Below are positions 1 through 9,981 of a stretch of DNA of 64,000 bases, piece after piece. Both the position numbers and the translations under genes were made by a program. This DNA is from Candidatus Cloacimonadota bacterium (lineage in GTDB: Bacteria; Cloacimonadota; Cloacimonadia; JGIOTU-2), in assembly GCA_049903315.1 (NCBI GenBank), contig JBNGBT010000009.1, forward strand, positions 32,001 to 96,000, read 5' to 3'. How positions within the stretch are numbered: the first letter of the stretch is position 1; each line of letters opens with the position of its first letter. Under the pieces are notes generated by a model. It ran no database searches. It was not told the DNA's origin and saw nothing but the letters and a program-made list of their open reading frames with translations.

Positions 1-198
1 AAGGGGAAGATCAAACTCATAGAGAAATCAACTCATACTCTGAAATGCCCGATCGATTCATTCTCCCGCATGTTCATCGGCAGAAATTCTATTTATGACC
101 TGATAACCTATGGTGAAGCAGAAATATCAAAAGAGATAATAGAAAATATAGACCGTTTGTTCTCAAAGGACATCGTGTTTATTAAAGATATGTTTTAA
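1..198 (+). CDS. Partial CDS (3' end), probable Eis-like GNAT acetyltransferase C-terminal SCP2-type domain
   Basis: Frame 1 is open from the window edge: KGKIKLIEKSTHTLKCPIDSFSRMFIGRNS...IDRLFSKDIVFIKDMF*. Resembles Eis-family C-termini ending in DxF. Confidence 0.5.
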   Translation, partial: KGKIKLIEKSTHTLKCPIDSFSRMFIGRNSIYDLITYGEAEISKEIIENIDRLFSKDIVFIKDMF

Positions 199-207
199 AG
201 GAGTTCA

Positions 208-1281
208 ATGAAAAGCAAGGTGTACTTCATCGATTTTCACACGACATTTCAGCGCTCGATCTTCGATAAGATCGGGGATGCACTCTCGCAGGCAGGATTC
301 AAAGATATCATTCGGGAACATGACAAAGTTGCTGTGAAAATGCACTTTGGGGCAGAAACAAATTTCGGTGTGATCAATCCTCGGTATGTGCGGTATTTTG
401 TGAACCGGATCCTCTCGCTCGATGCAAAGCCCTTTTTGACTGACACGAATACTCTCTATGCCGGACAGCGTGTGAACAGTATTGATCATACCAATTTGGC
501 AATTCAACATGGTTATGCGGAGTCTGTGGTAAATGCGCCGGTCATTATTGCTGACGGACTTGTCGGGCAAAGTGACGAGGTGGTTAGGGTAAATACAAAA
601 GAAACCAAGGAAGCATTTATTGGAAGTGATATTCATCATGCAGACGCAATACTTGCACTCACTCATATGACAGGGCATGAAGCAGCCGGTTTTGGTGCTG
701 CGATCAAGAATATCGGCATGGGGTGCGCATCTCGAAAAGGGAAACTTGCGATGCATAGTACATCCAGACCTGTAATCAGTGCGGACAGATGTATCGGGTG
801 CGCCCGTTGTGTGCAGTGGTGCCAGGTACAGGCAATCAGTATAAAGGAGGATGGCAAGGCACACATTGATGAAAATCTATGCACCGGGTGCAGTATGTGC
901 ATTTCTGTTTGCCCGTTCAGCGCAATTGGAATTAAGTGGAATACCTCTGCAGATTTCCTTAACACCAAGATCACTGAATATTCTCATGCCGTGACGTCTC
1001 ATAAAAAAGACAAAATGTTTTATGTAAACTTCATTAATAACCTCACCAGTCATTGTGACTGCATGAATATTCACGGAGAGCACCTTTTGCCGGACATCGG
1101 CATTCTCTTTTCAAAGGATATTGTCGCAGTTGACAGAGCTTCGATCGACATAATCAATGAGAAGGCAGGGAAAAATCTTTTTGAAGAGCTCTTTCCTGAT
1201 ATTAAATTGGAACATGTGTTTTCATATGCCGAAGAGCTTGGCATGGGTTCACCTGAATATGAGCTGGTTAAGATCAAGTAG
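208..1281 (+). CDS. DUF362 domain protein with 2x[4Fe-4S] ferredoxin domain
   Basis: VAVKMHFG, LTDTNTLY, GFGAAIKNIGMGCASRKGK and CDC motifs. Two CxxCxxCxxxC clusters. AGGAG RBS. Confidence 0.88.
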   Translation: MKSKVYFIDFHTTFQRSIFDKIGDALSQAGFKDIIREHDKVAVKMHFGAETNFGVINPRYVRYFVNRILSLDAKPFLTDTNTLYAGQRVNSIDHTNLAIQHGYAESVVNAPVIIADGLVGQSDEVVRVNTKETKEAFIGSDIHHADAILALTHMTGHEAAGFGAAIKNIGMGCASRKGKLAMHSTSRPVISADRCIGCARCVQWCQVQAISIKEDGKAHIDENLCTGCSMCISVCPFSAIGIKWNTSADFLNTKITEYSHAVTSHKKDKMFYVNFINNLTSHCDCMNIHGEHLLPDIGILFSKDIVAVDRASIDIINEKAGKNLFEELFPDIKLEHVFSYAEELGMGSPEYELVKIK

Positions 1282-1283
1282 CG

Positions 1284-1359
1284 CAAGATTCTGATCTTGA
1301 GTACTCAACATCCGTTTTCATTTCATTACACCGAGACAGGTCGGAGTGTTGAGTTACTC
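1284..1359. repeat. Palindromic intergenic element (REP-like or terminator)
   Basis: CAAGAT-tctg-ATCTTG hairpin, then GAGTACTCAACATCCG (1299-1314) pairing imperfectly with CGGAGTGTTGAGTTACTC (1342-1359). Confidence 0.5.
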
Positions 1360-1567
1360 TTATCTCTTCACTCCTCGCTTAGTCGCTCTACTCTCTACGC
1401 TCCATTCTCAATGAAAAATTCCTGACTGTGCATTTAATTATTTGTCAAACTATACCTTCTTCTTAGGTTATGAGTATGCGAATAATTAGTTATGATAATA
1501 ATTTGACAGAAAATCACAGCATTCAAATATCTGTGGTTCAAAACACAAAAGAATAAGGAGTTTCTAT

Positions 1568-3616
1568 ATGATTCGATTAACTCGTTCTCTGATTATTGTC
1601 TCGATTTTATCAATTTTGGTATTAGCGGGGTGCGAACTTGGAGAAAAGCAAAAAGATAAATCTCAAGTCCTCGCACAATGGGATGGGGGCACGATCACGG
1701 AAAAGGTCTTTAACGCACGCCTTGATCAAATACCTCAATTTTATCGTCCCCGCGGCGGCTTTACTGTCGAGCAAAAGCAAAAATACCTCGATGACTATTC
1801 AATCGAAGAGATCTTCTATATTGAAGCATTGAGCAAAGGAATGGAAAACACTCAAAGCGCTCAGGAATTCTATCGTCAGAATGCTGAAAGAGTCATTCTT
1901 GATAAGTACTACCAGGAACAGATCAAAGACAAGATCAAACCTACTGATGCAGAGCTTATGGCATACTATGAAGCGCATAAAGATGACTTCTATAAAAAAT
2001 CTCCAACAGCCACACTTTTGTATATAGAAACCAAGACGAAAGAAAATGCAGACGCAGCATACCAGGAGCTGGTCTCCGGCAAAGATTTTGTTGAGGTAAT
2101 GAACGTATATACCACAAACGAAAATCTTAAGAAAAAAGGTGGGAAGATCACGAATATCAGAAAAGGCGGTTATATTCCCAATATCGGTAGATCAGAAGAA
2201 CTGGATTCCCTCATTTTTATTGCTGAAGTAAATGACATCATCCCGCCGATTCAGTTTAATGATGCGTATCACATAGTAAAAGTTGCTGATCTCGACATGA
2301 GCACGATACGCCCTTATGATGAAGTCGAAAAAGATGTGAGCAGCAGATATGCAAGCGAAAAGGAGCAGGAACTCCGCACAAAGATACTCGACAAATTATT
2401 CCTGAAATACGCTATCTCAATAGACACACTTGCTGTTAAGGACATAGATTTCCAAGAAGCCGACTCCTCTGACATCGCTGGAAGTGTTGTACTCATTGCA
2501 TCTTCGGTTCCCGAACTTGTGTATACAGCAAAAGATTTTGCCCATGAGGTCAGCATGTTCCCGATGGAAAGAAAGCAGCTCCTTCAGGAAGCAAATGCAA
2601 AGATCGATTTCGTCAACGAAAAAGCCAATAATAATGTGCTGTATCATGATGCGATAAAGAAGGGGTATGAAAATCATCCTGAAATCGCAGACGAGCTTCG
2701 CAGAGCTAAAATGATCGGTGCTCTTCGAGAATATTATAAGCAATTTGTGGTCGACGCAGCAGTGATTCCTGAAGAAGAGATCGTGAAAGCGTATGAAGCA
2801 GATAAAGAAAAACGCTATGTGAACAAGCCCCATGTAAAAGTGCAAGAATTTGCATGCGAAAACCAGGTTACTGCCGATTTCTTACTCTTTAAAGCCAAGG
2901 AAGCACAAACTGATGATGAACTCAATGGACTGATTAAAGAATACTGTGTAAAAACGAAGAATAACGGTGTGATCGGTCCCATTTATGAAGGCGGCATGAT
3001 CCCCGGAGTGGGAAGAGATGAAATCTATCTTGAAAAAGTATTTTCAGTTCCCGAAGGTTCGTTCAGCGATGTGTTTGAAGACGCAAAAGGAAACTGGGTT
3101 TTCTTTAAGGTCGTAGAATTTACTCCGAAATCATATCGCAACATCGATGATGTCCGCGCTGAAATTGAAACCAACCTCACGAGAAAGACTCAACAAGACC
3201 TCTTCGAAAACCTGAAAACAGAGATGCGTCAGAAATATAATCTCGTAGTTTATCCTGAACGTCTTGAAGAAAAACTTCCTGTTGATTCTCTCTTCACTCT
3301 TGCCGAAGAATCCATGACACAGAAAAACTATGCCCGTGCAAACTACTACTATGACAAAGTAATCGAAGACTATCAGAACGGACAGGATGATTATAAAGCA
3401 AAATTCATGAAGGGTTTCATTTACTCCGAATACCTGAAGAATGACGCAAAAGCGATCGAGATGTTCACAGAAGTACTTACCTATCCGAAAGAAGGAACAG
3501 AGACAGATACGACACTCCATCCCTCAGCACGCTATATGCTGAAAGCTCTGACCGGTGAGGAAGATATTCTCGAGAAGATCAATCAGCAGTCCGAACAGAT
3601 GAATACTGATAAATAA
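1568..3616 (+). CDS. Lipoprotein foldase: PrsA/SurA-like parvulin PPIase domains plus C-terminal TPR
   Basis: Lipobox LAGC. Two rotamase-like segments (GKDFVEV...YHIVKV; GNWVFFKV). TPR-like helices (YARANYYYDKVIEDY...AKFMKGFIY). Confidence 0.75.
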   Translation: MIRLTRSLIIVSILSILVLAGCELGEKQKDKSQVLAQWDGGTITEKVFNARLDQIPQFYRPRGGFTVEQKQKYLDDYSIEEIFYIEALSKGMENTQSAQEFYRQNAERVILDKYYQEQIKDKIKPTDAELMAYYEAHKDDFYKKSPTATLLYIETKTKENADAAYQELVSGKDFVEVMNVYTTNENLKKKGGKITNIRKGGYIPNIGRSEELDSLIFIAEVNDIIPPIQFNDAYHIVKVADLDMSTIRPYDEVEKDVSSRYASEKEQELRTKILDKLFLKYAISIDTLAVKDIDFQEADSSDIAGSVVLIASSVPELVYTAKDFAHEVSMFPMERKQLLQEANAKIDFVNEKANNNVLYHDAIKKGYENHPEIADELRRAKMIGALREYYKQFVVDAAVIPEEEIVKAYEADKEKRYVNKPHVKVQEFACENQVTADFLLFKAKEAQTDDELNGLIKEYCVKTKNNGVIGPIYEGGMIPGVGRDEIYLEKVFSVPEGSFSDVFEDAKGNWVFFKVVEFTPKSYRNIDDVRAEIETNLTRKTQQDLFENLKTEMRQKYNLVVYPERLEEKLPVDSLFTLAEESMTQKNYARANYYYDKVIEDYQNGQDDYKAKFMKGFIYSEYLKNDAKAIEMFTEVLTYPKEGTETDTTLHPSARYMLKALTGEEDILEKINQQSEQMNTDK

Positions 3617-3640
3617 AGCAATTGCATCCTTACATATATA

Positions 3641-3671
3641 AAGCGGAGCTTTTCGGAGTTCCGCTTTTTTT
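3641..3671 (+). terminator. Rho-independent terminator
   Basis: AAGCGGAGCT-tttcgg-AGTTCCGCTT followed by a T-run. Confidence 0.85.
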
Positions 3672-3756
3672 AATTGCATGCAACACTCACCATTATAAAA
3701 CTTGACACGGAGAAGTGCAATGATGCATAGAATTACAAAAATCTCAGGAATATCAC

Positions 3757-4860
3757 ATGGCAAAAGTACAATTAGATAAAGTTACAAAAATTTACGAGAA
3801 CAGCTTTGTGGCAGTAAAAGAAGCGGACATTACTGCGGAAGACAAAGAGTTCGTCGTACTGGTCGGACCATCCGGCTGTGGAAAAACAACCACACTACGC
3901 ATGATCGCAGGACTCGAAGACGTGACGTCCGGCGATATCTATATCGGGGACAAAGTCGTGAATAATGTGCTTCCCAAAGACAGGGACATCGCAATGGTGT
4001 TCCAGAACTATGCACTCTATCCACACATGACCGTGTATCAGAATATGGAATTCGCTCTTAAGTTGCGCAAAACTCCAAAAGACGAGATAGAGGGCCGCGT
4101 AAAAACCGCTGCAGGGCTTCTTGGTATCGAGCAGCTCCTGGACAGGAAACCAAAGCAGCTTTCCGGCGGTCAGCGCCAGCGCGTGGCTTTGGGTAGAGCA
4201 ATTGTGCGCCAGCCAAAAGTGTTCCTTTTTGATGAGCCCCTCTCCAACCTCGATGCAAAACTCCGCGTGCAAATGAGAGCCGAGATCATCAAACTGCATA
4301 AGAAGCTCGAAACAACTATTATTTATGTAACCCATGACCAGACCGAAGCCATGACCATGGGTGATAAAATAGTCGTTATGAAGGACGGACTCATTCAGCA
4401 GATCGATTCTCCAATCAATGTGTATAACCATCCGACCAATAAATTCGTTGCAGGATTCATCGGAAGCCCGGCGATCAACTTCTTTACTGGTAAGATAAGC
4501 AAAAAGGATAGCCACCTCCATTTCGATTTCGGCACCTTCTCAGTAAAAATACCTGACACATATGATGATTCTATAAAAGATTATGAGGGTAAAGATATTA
4601 TCATGGGAGTGCGTCCCGAAGATATCTACCACAAGAAGTATTCCTCAAATGCGGAAATTCCTGCGGAAATGAAAGCAATGGTCGAGGTGGTGGAACCCCT
4701 TGGCTCGGAATTCGTGGTGAATTTTGAAACTGGTGACACGATCTTTACAGGACGTCTCGAACCCAAAGAAGAACCAAAAATGGGTGAAACCATGGACCTT
4801 GTATTCGACATGAAAAAGGTTCATTTCTTTGATAAGGAAACCGAAGAGACGATTGTGTAG
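3757..4860 (+). CDS. Sugar ABC transporter ATP-binding subunit (MalK/MsmX/UgpC family)
   Basis: [26 protein letters not shown] and [13 protein letters not shown] motifs. C-terminal TOBE/OB domain. Confidence 0.95.
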   Translation: MAKVQLDKVTKIYENSFVAVKEADITAEDKEFVVLVGPSGCGKTTTLRMIAGLEDVTSGDIYIGDKVVNNVLPKDRDIAMVFQNYALYPHMTVYQNMEFALKLRKTPKDEIEGRVKTAAGLLGIEQLLDRKPKQLSGGQRQRVALGRAIVRQPKVFLFDEPLSNLDAKLRVQMRAEIIKLHKKLETTIIYVTHDQTEAMTMGDKIVVMKDGLIQQIDSPINVYNHPTNKFVAGFIGSPAINFFTGKISKKDSHLHFDFGTFSVKIPDTYDDSIKDYEGKDIIMGVRPEDIYHKKYSSNAEIPAEMKAMVEVVEPLGSEFVVNFETGDTIFTGRLEPKEEPKMGETMDLVFDMKKVHFFDKETEETIV

Positions 4861-4942
4861 GAATTTCTAAATCCTAATTTCTAAAGATTTATGTAATACA
4901 TCCCGTTGGAAGTTTTACGCGTAAAATTAAAGGGGTACAGTC

Positions 4943-7900
4943 GTTACACGAAATTATGTAAATCAGAGTAAATTAAGTTTTAATTTAGATACTCGTATAA
5001 AGGAGAAAATATAATGAACAGGTTAATTATAAAAACTTCTGACTACTTCAAAATAATCACCTTATTATTGGTCTCATTCCTTCTCTTATTTTGTTCCTGT
5101 GCAACAAATAAAGGACAGAATGTTGATTTTTGGATTGAGAGACTCGATCATCAAAATTACAATGAACGATATAAAGCAGCAAAAAAATTAAGAAAGTTGA
5201 GTGATAAAAAAGCAGTTTTACCATTAATCAATGCCCTTATTGAGTATAATGATAATTGGAAATTTAGACAAGTAATAATAGAAACATTAGTTAATATTGG
5301 TGATGAGGCTGTCGAGCCCCTTATTACTGTTCTTAATAATGATGATGAAGATGTTAGATATTCTGCCGTAATAGCATTAGGTAAAATAGAAAACACACAA
5401 GCAATTGAACCATTAGTCACACTTCTTTTAGATGAAAATGTATATGTTAGAAAATACACGGTGGAAGCTTTAGAAAATCTTAGTTGGGAACCAAAATCAG
5501 ATTATGATAAGGTTGTTAATCTTTTTGCTAAGGATAATAAACAAGATTGGATAATTTTATCTACTAACCTCTTAAAGCAATTAGTTGATGCACTCAAATA
5601 TGATAGTTGCCGAATAAGAGTTTCCGCAGTCTGGGTATTAGGTGAAATCGGAAATCCAAATACAATTGGACCACTTATCGAGGCATTAAAATGTAAGGAC
5701 GAGAAAGAAAGGGAAGTAGTAGCGAATGCATTAGTAAAATTTGGACATGAGGCTGTACTCCCACTCATTATCGCGCTCAAATCTGATGATTATAACACTC
5801 CAATATGGGCAACATGGATATTGGGAGAAATAGGAGATCCTCGTGCAGTAGTACCACTTATTGAGTCAATAATAGATAATAAAACCAAGTACCATTATGA
5901 AGAAAAAGTAGAAGATGCATTAGTGAAAATTGATTATTTGTCTATATATCCATTAATTTCTTCACTTAGAAGTAATGATAATGATGTGAGAATAACAATA
6001 TCTAATGTATTAGGTAGGGTAAGAGATAGTAATGCTATTGATCCACTTATTTGTACTCTCCAGGATATGGAAAGAAATGTTAGAGAATCTGCTGCGAGAG
6101 CTTTAGATAATCTAAATTGGCAACCACAATCTAATTACCAAAAGACTATATATCTGATAGCAAAGGGTAATTGGCAAGAATGTGTGGAGATAGGTGAAGA
6201 TGCTGTGGAACCATTAATTTATGCTCTTAAATATGATAAAGATAATTACCGTATCAGGCTTTATGCTGTTTGGGCATTAGAGGATATTGGAGACCAACGA
6301 GCTATTGAACCTCTTACTGCTGTTCTAAAGGATAATGATCCAAAAGTCAGAGAATCTGCTGCGAAAGCTTTAGATAAACTAAAGTGGAAACCACAATCTA
6401 ATAAGCAAAAAACTATTTATCTGATAGCAAAAGGAAAATGGCAAGAATGTGTAAAGATAGGCACAGATGCTGTTGAACCGTTAATATCTTCATTTAAATA
6501 TATACATAACAGTAATTTAACGATAACTTTAAGCGGAATGGGATCATTTGCGATAGAACCACTCATTGCTGCTCTTGAAGATAGTAACGATTATATTAGA
6601 GCTGGTGCTGCAGAATCACTAGGGAAAATAGGTGATCCTAAGGCAGTGGATCCGCTAATCAAGTTACTACAGGATGAAATTAGATTTGTTAGAAATTATG
6701 CAGCTGAAGCTTTGGATAAACTAAATTGGGAACCGCAAACAGATTATCAAAAATCTATCTATTTTATTGCAACGGAAAGATGGACGGATTGCAAAAATAT
6801 AGGAATTGGATCAGTAGAAACACTGATTAAAACTCTTAACAACAATAATTCCTATATAAGAGAAAGGGTAGCGGAGATTTTGGGTGAAATTGGAGATTTG
6901 CGTGCAGTTGAGCCACTCATTATTGCTATGGAAAAAATGGATTATCTATATAATACTAGCCCAGAATATGCAGAAGCATTAGGTAAAATTGGTGATCCAA
7001 AGGCAACAGAACCATTAATTAAGGTTCTCAAAGAAAATGACACATCTCTAAACAATATAGATATAAAAGTTGCAGCAGCAATTGCATTAGGGAATATTGG
7101 TGATCTTAAAGCAATGGAGCCGTTAATTGAAGTTCTCAAAGATAAGTATCCGGATTTAAGGGCCGCTGCTGCAGAAGCATTAGGAAAGATAGGAAATCCA
7201 AAAGTAATAGATAAACTTATCGCACTTCTTTACGATGATAATTTTAATGTAATTTCAAAAACAATTGAATCACTACAATATCTGAGGTGGACACCCCAAG
7301 ATAATTATCAAAAAATTTTATGTCATATTGTAATGCAAGAATGGCAAGAGTGTGCAAATTTTGGCGCAGATGCAGTTGATCCTCTTATTAAAGCAATTAG
7401 AAATTGCTCACAGTATGATTATTATAAAAGAAAAAAAATGATCTATTCTTTATCGCAAATAGGCCAACTATCAGTATCTCCACTTATTTGTGCTCTAACT
7501 GACAGCAATGAATATTTAAGACAGAGTGCTGCTGAAGCTTTAGGATTGATAGGAGATTCACTTGCCGTAGAGCCACTAATTGCAACACTTGATGATAAAA
7601 TTGGAGATGTGAGAGGAAGTGCTGTGGAATCTTTAGGTCTTATAGGGGATACAAGAGCTAATGATCCTCTTTTAAAAATACTTAAGGATGATGATGAATG
7701 GTTCGTTAGAAGTAAAGCTGGTATAGCATTAGGTAAAATGGGAAATAGAAATATCATTCCAAGATTAGAATATTTATTAAAAAGTTGGTATTCAGGTATA
7801 TATGCATTAAATGCTCTTAGAATGCTAAAGTGGGATCAACAAACATTATCAGACACAATTCATGTTTTAGTAGCAGAAAGAGATAAGGTTAAATTATTAC

Positions 7901-8253
7901 AGATGTGGGATAAAGCTAAGATGATTTTGCTCAATGATATCATATCAAATAATTATCTCACTGTCGAAAATGCTTTGTATGGATTCATTGGCATTGGTAA
8001 GCAAGAAATTATTCCCGAGTTAATTGGTATACTTAATAAAAGTGGAACAAAAACTACAGCTGAAGCATATCTAAACTGTGGTAATAATGAACTTGTTATT
8101 GCTGCTAAATCTTGGGCAAGTAAAAATGGTTACTATATTCAAAATATCGGTGGCAGTTCACCTGTCAGGTGGGGTGGAATGTAGCTTTATCATATGTGCA
8201 ATTGAGATATTGGTTCAATAAATCTGCTCTGTTTGAAAATTAATTCGTGTAAC
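4943..8253 (+). mobile_element. Putative solitary integron-type gene cassette carrying the HEAT gene
   Basis: GTTACACGAA (4943-4952) upstream and its exact reverse complement TTCGTGTAAC (8244-8253) downstream, in the R'/R'' arrangement of a cassette. No complete attC or integrase seen. Confidence 0.45.
5014..8184 (+). CDS. Large HEAT-repeat (PBS lyase-like) probable lipoprotein
   Basis: Many AAEALGKIGDPKAVEPLI repeats. Signal peptide with FCSC. AGGAG RBS. Visibly AT-rich. Confidence 0.9.
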   Translation: MNRLIIKTSDYFKIITLLLVSFLLLFCSCATNKGQNVDFWIERLDHQNYNERYKAAKKLRKLSDKKAVLPLINALIEYNDNWKFRQVIIETLVNIGDEAVEPLITVLNNDDEDVRYSAVIALGKIENTQAIEPLVTLLLDENVYVRKYTVEALENLSWEPKSDYDKVVNLFAKDNKQDWIILSTNLLKQLVDALKYDSCRIRVSAVWVLGEIGNPNTIGPLIEALKCKDEKEREVVANALVKFGHEAVLPLIIALKSDDYNTPIWATWILGEIGDPRAVVPLIESIIDNKTKYHYEEKVEDALVKIDYLSIYPLISSLRSNDNDVRITISNVLGRVRDSNAIDPLICTLQDMERNVRESAARALDNLNWQPQSNYQKTIYLIAKGNWQECVEIGEDAVEPLIYALKYDKDNYRIRLYAVWALEDIGDQRAIEPLTAVLKDNDPKVRESAAKALDKLKWKPQSNKQKTIYLIAKGKWQECVKIGTDAVEPLISSFKYIHNSNLTITLSGMGSFAIEPLIAALEDSNDYIRAGAAESLGKIGDPKAVDPLIKLLQDEIRFVRNYAAEALDKLNWEPQTDYQKSIYFIATERWTDCKNIGIGSVETLIKTLNNNNSYIRERVAEILGEIGDLRAVEPLIIAMEKMDYLYNTSPEYAEALGKIGDPKATEPLIKVLKENDTSLNNIDIKVAAAIALGNIGDLKAMEPLIEVLKDKYPDLRAAAAEALGKIGNPKVIDKLIALLYDDNFNVISKTIESLQYLRWTPQDNYQKILCHIVMQEWQECANFGADAVDPLIKAIRNCSQYDYYKRKKMIYSLSQIGQLSVSPLICALTDSNEYLRQSAAEALGLIGDSLAVEPLIATLDDKIGDVRGSAVESLGLIGDTRANDPLLKILKDDDEWFVRSKAGIALGKMGNRNIIPRLEYLLKSWYSGIYALNALRMLKWDQQTLSDTIHVLVAERDKVKLLQMWDKAKMILLNDIISNNYLTVENALYGFIGIGKQEIIPELIGILNKSGTKTTAEAYLNCGNNELVIAAKSWASKNGYYIQNIGGSSPVRWGGM

Positions 8254-8329
8254 AAACAATTCCACTGCCAAGCAAGTAGAAATGCAAAAATAGCGTGGCA
8301 GCTGCCATTCATTATCCCATTTCTTTTAT

Positions 8330-8394
8330 CCCCCCCCCCCTCTGCGTTCTCTGCGCTTCCGCGCTCCTTGCGCGCCTTTGCGTTCTTTGCGAGA
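8330..8394. repeat. Poly-C tract plus six degenerate pyrimidine-GCG short tandem units
   Basis: C11 then TCTGCGT TCTCTGCGC TTCCGCGC TCCTTGCGC GCCTTTGCGT TCTTTGCGA, between convergent genes. Confidence 0.7.
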
Positions 8395-8396
8395 AG

Positions 8397-9509
8397 CTAT
8401 TTATCCAAAGCTTGCAGTGCAAAGGCATACGCGCCGAGGGCTGTCGCTGTGCTCGTGCCGAGTTGTGAAATTCCTACACCTATTTTTTTCTGTATGTTGT
8501 AGTATACTTTTTTATTACTGAAGGGAACGTGTATAAGTGTATAGCGCTCTTGCAGAAATTCATCAAATTCTTTTTCATCCATCAAATTGTAGACCTTCAT
8601 TTCAAGCCGTTCGATCTTTTCGTTATTAAAAGATTTAAATGCGGTATTTATTTCCCTGACGAGTGCAGGCATGAAGAGCTTCCATGCACCGGAAAGCCCG
8701 CCGCCGACAACCACGAGTCCATCGATAAGGGTTGCTGCCTGTGCAAAGGCATTTCCTGCAGCTCTTCCAAGTTCTTCATATGCTATTTGCGCTGCGATTT
8801 TATTCCCCTCTTTCAAGCCCATGCCGATCTCATAGATCTCCTGTGCGGAAGGAACTTCTTCGGTAGTAATAGTAATACCTGTTTCCCGGGCATACACCCT
8901 TCGTACTCCTTTGCTGCTGACACTTTCCTCAACAGAATAATCCGGATAGAGATGATTCCACATGCGGTTTATCTCTGCCTGTGCAGAATTATCTCCGGTA
9001 AAGATTTTTCCATCAATGACAATTCCACCGCCAAAACCGGAACCGAATGTTCCGCCAATGAGGTTACGATATCTTTTTGAACTTCCCCTTTTTTCAAGCA
9101 GAGAATTCACATAAGGAAGTAATCCCGCGATCGCTTCTCCATACGTAAAAAGATCTGCATCATTATTTATAAAAACAGGCAATCCAAATTTCTCTTCCAA
9201 CATTGCTTTGAGCGCAACACCACCCCTGTATGCAGGCAGATTTATCAAATCACCGATAATACCGTTCTTGTAATCTGTCGGTCCGGGAAATCCGAAACTT
9301 ATCGCAACGGGTTGTTCATTGAGTTGCGCTTGAACCGCAGAAAAACCTGAAATAATATTCTTCAGGCTTTGTTCGAGATCATTTCCGCAGGCATTAAGAC
9401 GAACTGGAGATACGATTTCACTTTTACCCTGCACTGCAGAAAAACGAAGGTTTGTTCCCCCTGCATCGAGGGTCATAACAATTCTTTTATTCGATTGATA
9501 GCTATCCAT
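8397..9509 (-). CDS. ROK family sugar kinase
   Basis: LDAGGTN, GFPGP, PVFINNDAD, GTFGSGFGGG and GGGLS motifs. Start reassigned to ATG 9509 (MDSYQ). Confidence 0.88.
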   Translation of the reverse strand: MDSYQSNKRIVMTLDAGGTNLRFSAVQGKSEIVSPVRLNACGNDLEQSLKNIISGFSAVQAQLNEQPVAISFGFPGPTDYKNGIIGDLINLPAYRGGVALKAMLEEKFGLPVFINNDADLFTYGEAIAGLLPYVNSLLEKRGSSKRYRNLIGGTFGSGFGGGIVIDGKIFTGDNSAQAEINRMWNHLYPDYSVEESVSSKGVRRVYARETGITITTEEVPSAQEIYEIGMGLKEGNKIAAQIAYEELGRAAGNAFAQAATLIDGLVVVGGGLSGAWKLFMPALVREINTAFKSFNNEKIERLEMKVYNLMDEKEFDEFLQERYTLIHVPFSNKKVYYNIQKKIGVGISQLGTSTATALGAYAFALQALDK

Positions 9510-9981
9510 AATAGTTACAAAACTCCGATACTTTCTCTGCAATCATTTTTAGAAATACCTCATCTTCACCAGAAAAAGCTGCGATAGTATGAGAATCGAT
9601 GTCGATCTCGCCGATGAATTTTCCTTTTTTGAAAATAGGCACCACAATTTCAGACTTCACATCGATGCTACAGGAAAGATAATTCTCTTCTTGTGCTATA
9701 TCCTGTACAATACGAGCGCGTTCATCTTCTGCAACCTGTCCGCACACGCCCTGCCCGAAAGAGATACGCGTATGCTCTGTAGGTGCGCCTTCGAAGGGAC
9801 CGAGAATGAGTTCATTGGGATTTTGCCTATCAACAAAATAAAATCCAACCCAATCATAATGCGCGGTGTCCTCTTTGAGCAGCTTACATATATTCTGCAG
9901 CTTGTTGAGCATACTTGCCTTTTTATGAAGGATATCATCAACCCGCTGCTCGAGTTCTGCAATGAGATTCTTATTTTTCAT
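9502..9981 (-). CDS. GAF domain protein (free methionine-R-sulfoxide reductase MsrC-like)
   Basis: YDWVGFY, LGPFEG, GQGVCG, YLSCS, SEIVVP and GEIDIDS motifs. Start at 9981 or 9987. Confidence 0.85.
   Translation of the reverse strand: MKNKNLIAELEQRVDDILHKKASMLNKLQNICKLLKEDTAHYDWVGFYFVDRQNPNELILGPFEGAPTEHTRISFGQGVCGQVAEDERARIVQDIAQEENYLSCSIDVKSEIVVPIFKKGKFIGEIDIDSHTIAAFSGEDEVFLKMIAEKVSEFCNYYG

Noticed and set aside
8233..8502. 89-aa ORF spanning the poly-C/GCG repeat
   Set aside because: Low-complexity translation of a repeat, overlapping the ROK 3' end, with no RBS.
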